A stretch of DNA of 64,000 nt from Ministeria vibrans ATCC 50519. Its lineage: Eukaryota; Protista; Filasterea. The notes beneath the pieces were generated by a model, which was not told where the DNA came from, did not search any database, and was given only the letters and a program-made list of their open reading frames with translations. Shown here piece by piece: positions 62,369 to 64,000 of this stretch; position 1 is the stretch's first letter; each line of letters begins with the position of its first letter. The stretch spans positions 64,957 through 128,956 of the forward strand of contig CALSCP010001613.1 of the NCBI GenBank assembly GCA_943704425.1, read 5' to 3'. The position numbers and the translations under genes were made by a program.

Positions 62369-64000
62369 GTCAACGGATGAGACGTGTACTGGCACTGTGC
62401 AGTCCTCCTCTTCATCGTCATCCGAGTCTGACAGCGCAGAGAGTGACGACGCATCGCTTGCATTCCCATCACTTTCATCGTTACCTACTCAATACAATGT
62501 GATATATCTGAGTTTGGGACGTGCGAGAGTAAGTGAAGTCGTACACCAGTCAAGATGGCGCAGGTCCACTGCACTCTCTCCCTCGTTGGCACACCACACA
62601 ATGCCCTTTCCCCCTTTGCCAACCAACTCACTGTTCTCTAAGCATACGTGTAAGAGTGAAATTAGTATTAAATTGATAGATAAATATCGCACTTACTCTC
62701 TACAGTAACGATTGTCCCGTCAAACGTCTCTTCCTTTGTCGTCAGTTTAGTGCGTTGTGGCAGTTCGCAGCCCGGCCCAATCTCAGTCTATGCGGCACAG
62801 TCAGACATATACATATCACTCAAGACACACAGAGGGAGTGGTAGCACTGAACCCCCCACACACCCACGTACACACACACCAACACAGACACTTGAAAGAG
62901 AAGAAAATAAAAAGAGAGAGAGGGTATGTGTGGCGTACTGCGTAGCTAAGAACACAGCCCTGGGGCACAATGGCATTGGCCCCAATGACACAACGGTTGG
63001 CCACAATGCACCGATGCAGCTTCACATTATCTCCTATGATCACATTGTCCCACACGTACGACTCGCTGATCTCAACGCCACTCCCTAACACAGTTTGTAC
63101 AATGTTGCTTAGATGTAAGTGTGTGTCTGCTAGGCATTTGTACCAATCCGGCACTTGCGCCCAATGACAGACTCTGAGACTCGGGTGCGTTCGCCCACAC
63201 GAGTGCCCGCCCCCACAAGTACGTCATGAACCAGCGACGCAGACCTACACACAAACATACATACACACGCACACACATAAATGAATGTATAGACACACCG
63301 AGTTGCACACTAGCTCACACACTGGCTCACAGACTCGCGCTGACACATTGAGTCATAATGACAACACATTGGGTAATAGTGACACAAACACAAAACACCC
63401 ACACATACACACACAGTCGCTTCATAATAAGTTTTATACCGTGCCAGCACAACATTGTCCAGAATATAAATGTTGTTTCGGCCGTGCTTGAACCGTTCGT
63501 CTTGGCGACTCGAATTGTCTGGCACAATAGGAAATGTCCACCGGTGAATAATGTCCTTACTAAACAATGGACGAAAGAGAACGAGGGGGAGAGAGAGAGA
63601 AAGAAGAGAGAAAGAAAGAGAGCAAGATAGAGAGAGAGAGCAAGAGAGTATAAAAAAGAGAGCAAGTGATAGAGAGAAGGGGGAAAGAAAGAAAGAAAGA
63701 AAGTGATAGAGAAAGTAAGATACGGGCGCAACTGTGTGTGTGTCTGTGTCGGTGAGAGTGAACCTGATTGCGTCGTAGGAATGCAGACTGTTGACGCGTG
63801 CAGCATACTCATTCTCAAGCGTGTGCACATGCAGCTAGAGAGCAGAGCGATTAAACCGTATCAGACATGCCGTTAGCGGTATTATTATTAATAGGGTCAG
63901 AGATACTCTGGCAATAACACAAGAGTTTAACACTCTCTGTATTCTGGCACTTACTCTCTGTCCTGAAATGTCTTCGTTGTCAAGGATTCCACGAATGAAC
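62369..64000 (-). CDS. EIF2B5: Translation initiation factor eIF2B epsilon subunit (partial; 5' end outside the window, W2 domain not found)
   Basis: FIRGILDNEDI, EYAARVNSLHSYDAI, SKDIIHRWTFPIVPDN, hexapeptide LbH repeats (SYVWDNVIIGDNVKLHRCIVA) and LVGKGGKGIVW, followed by an acidic linker. Confidence 0.88.

Overview
Intron-rich eukaryotic genomic DNA. It has GT-AG introns full of (CT)n/(CA)n/(TAA)n microsatellites and four N-gaps. Gene content (SH2 domain, TPRA1, VPS8) suggests a unicellular holozoan or choanoflagellate-like protist; this is inference. Conserved genes: LIM-SH2-PLC, SLC41 Mg2+ transporter, VPS8, TPRA1, Pol X, a USP deubiquitinase, OMP decarboxylase and eIF2B-epsilon. These are interleaved with intron-poor genes that look immune- or conflict-related or bacterial-like: a dynamin-like GTPase, F-box-ankyrin, LRR-Roc-COR, a PD-(D/E)xK nuclease-like gene, a frameshifted HEPN-TPR gene, an EGF-BspA/DUF285 surface protein with one repeat per exon, a beta-helix glycan enzyme, an SMPDL3-like phosphoesterase, a kinase-NUDIX fusion, YfiH/LACC1 and a caspase-NB-ARC-WD40 fusion. 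The most striking unexplained structure lies in the apparently intergenic 59.7-61.15 kb. It is a tandem array of up to eight short ATG-initiated cassettes with a peptide-level consensus M-x(1-2)-M-C-x3-N-G-R-x-G-[YHF]. Each ends at a candidate GT donor, and seven of the eight donors are in frame with the acceptor of the downstream OMP decarboxylase. This is a candidate variable-first-exon (or repeated conserved uORF) system on a pyrimidine-synthesis enzyme. All domain calls come from reading motifs by eye; no database search was run.
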